NCBI GenBank assembly: GCA_051313645.2
Contig: JBNRSN020000016.1
Location: 58,714,001-58,778,000, forward strand
DNA: 64,000 nucleotides
Direction: 5' to 3'
Source: Centroscyllium fabricii
Taxonomy: Eukaryota
Shown: positions 61,800 through 64,000 of the stretch, in pieces
Position numbering within the stretch: position 1 is the stretch's first letter
Layout: each line of letters begins with the position of its first letter
Notes under the pieces: model-generated
Database searches by the model: none
Seen by the model: only the letters and a program-made list of their open reading frames with translations
What the model was told of the DNA's origin: nothing
Program-made: the position numbers and the translations under genes

Positions 61800-62948
61800 T
61801 TACAAAAGGTAAATCGTGCTTGACTAATCTATTGGAATTCTTCGAGGATGTAACCGATAAAATAGATAGGGGAGAGCCAGTAGATGTGGTTTATCTGGAC
61901 TTCCAGAAAGCCTTTGACAAGGTCCCTCATAGGAGATTGGCAGGCAAAATTAAGGCTCATGGGATTGGGGGCAAGGTATTGGCGTGGATAGAGAACTGGT
62001 TGGCAGATAGAAAACAGAGAGTTGGGATAAACGGGTCGTTTTCTGATTGGCGGGCAGAGACTAGTGGGGTACCACAGGGGTCAGTACTGGGACCCCAGCT
62101 GTTCACAATATATATTAATGACCTGGATGAGGGAATTGGATGTAACATCTCCAAATTCGCAGATGACACTAAGCTTGGAGGGGGAGTATGCTCTGAGGAG
62201 GATGTCGGGAAGCTCCAGAGCGACCTGGACAGATTGGGGGATTGGGCGAACACATGGCAAATGCACTATAATGTGGATAAATGTGAGGTTATCCACTTTG
62301 GTAGCAAAAACAGAAAGGCAGAGTATTATTTGAACGGCAATAGATTGGGAGATGGGGAAGTGCAAAGAGATCTGGGTGTTCTTGTGCACCAGTCACTGAA
62401 GGTGAGCATGCAGGTGCAGCAGGCGGTCAAAAAGGCAAATGGTATGTTGGCCTTTATATCAAGAGGGTTTGAGTATAGGAATAGGGATGTCTTGCTGCAG
62501 CTGGACAGGGTCTTGGTGAGGCCACACCTTGAGTATTGTGTGCAGTTTTGGTCGCCGCATCTGAGGAAGGATGTTCTTGCCATGGAGGGAGTACAGCGAC
62601 GATTCACCAGGCTGATACCTGGGATGGCAGGAATGACTTATGAGGAGAGATTGTGTAGTCTGGGCTTATACTCGCTGGAGTTTAGAAGATTAAGAGGGGA
62701 TCTCATCGAGACTTATAAAATTCTGTCAGGCGTGGACAGGTTAGATGCAGAAAGGATGTTTCCGATGGCCGGGGAGTCGAGAACCAGGGGGCATAGTCTA
62801 AGGATAAGGGGTAAGCCTTGTAGGACTGAGATGAGGAGGAGATTCTTCACACAGAGTGGTGAACCTGTGGAATTCCTTGCCACAGAGGGCGGTGGAGGCC
62901 GGTTCATTGAATATATTCAAGAGGGAACTAGATATATTTCTTCAGGCG
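61800..62948 (+). mobile_element. CR1 RT 3' part (close paralogue of 23071-24400)
   Basis: ORF starting at 61820 with CR1 RT motifs. Confidence 0.92.
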
Positions 62949-63986
62949 GCTTACGGCTGATATGAACATCCTGTCAAGCTACCTGACAAACTGGCGCCTT
63001 AAGCTCTCCGTGGCCAAGACCATGTCTTCCGCATACCATCTAAACAACCGAGAGGCAAGCCACGAGCTCAACATCATGGTTGACAACAACAGACTCCAGT
63101 TCCAGGCTGCCCCGACGTACCTCGGGGTCAAGCTTGACCGCACGCTGACGTTTCGCCAACACCTGGAAAACTTGTCCGCCAAGACATCGGCCCGCGTCGC
63201 CCTAATACGCCGCCTAGCTGGTACCACCTGGGGTGCCTCGACCAAGACACTGCGCATCTCCACCCAGGCATTGGTCTTCTCCGCCGCCGAGTACTGCTCC
63301 CCAGTCTGGTGCAGGAGCTCCCACACCAAGAAGCTGGACACAACGCTCAACACCGCCTTACGCACAGTCTCTGGCTGCCTGCGCGCCACGCCGGTCAACC
63401 AACTACCGATACTCGCTGGCATCGCACCACCAACCCTGCGCCGTGAAGCAGCTGTCCTTGCACTGTCCCGAAAAGCCACCAACGATGAGGACCACCTTCT
63501 CCACAAGTTCGTCACAGAGATCCCTCCACGAGCTCGCCTGAAGTCACGACGCCCATTCGCGGAGCACGCCCACCAGCTCCTGCATTCAACACCCGGTGAT
63601 GTCACAAAACGAACCTGGCTCAAACGCCGCTGGACGAAGGAATGGCAGGCAGCAGATCAATCAAGGCTGCACAGATTTGTGGAGGAGCCGGATGAACTAC
63701 TGGGCATGGACCTCCCTCGCCGGCAGTGGACAATGCTCAACCGCCTCAGGACTGGTGTCGGCCGTTTCGCCGCGACCATGAAAGGATGGGGACTCAGGGA
63801 CTCGGCTGTCTGCGACTGTGGTCACCCTGAACAGACAGTCGATCACATCATCGAGTCATGTCTAAAACATCGACCACCCAACGGCGAAGCCGGCATAGCT
63901 GCTCTAGACGACGAAACGCTAGCATGGCTTTCCTCAACCGAGCTGGTGATCTGACAACGGGATACTGAAGCAAACGAAAGAAGAAG
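62949..63986 (+). mobile_element. 5'-truncated Vingi/Ingi-like (I-group) LINE inserted in a CR1
   Basis: ORF 62962-63954: YLGVKLDRTLTF, RRLAGTTWGAS, AEYCSPVW, LNRLRTGVG, C-terminal CDCG..QTVDHIIESC; GAA-rich tail; CR1 sequence resumes at ~63987. Confidence 0.8.
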
Positions 63987-64000
63987 GCTTAAGGGATATG

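Noticed and set aside
62979-63623. 214-aa antisense ORF
   Set aside because: It is the shadow of the GC-rich Vingi-like ORF.

Overview
Vertebrate (elasmobranch/shark-like, judged from HE1/V-type SINEs, Deu-domain SINEs and abundant CR1 LINEs) genomic DNA that is very rich in repeats. Two spliced genes are transcribed divergently from a GC-rich ~535 bp bidirectional promoter. NIP7 is complete on the minus strand (5 exons, 543 nt, 180 aa). ZNF276 (ZAD-C2H2) has its first 8 coding exons on the plus strand and runs off the window end. The rest is CR1, L2, Vingi-like and Penelope-like retroelements, SINEs, three solo LTRs with 5-bp TSDs, and many Tigger-, Harbinger- and hAT-like MITEs. Most notable: (1) four fold-back Penelope-derived mini-elements with 11-13 bp TSDs, related through a minimal hammerhead-like motif; (2) one of them shows strand-specific A>G hypermutation confined to the hairpin, as expected from ADAR editing before retrotransposition; (3) the NIP7-ZNF276 head-to-head pairing differs from human; (4) a young intact Vingi-like 3' fragment; (5) an unexplained decayed coding-like island in ZNF276 intron 1. 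All calls were made by eye without database searches.
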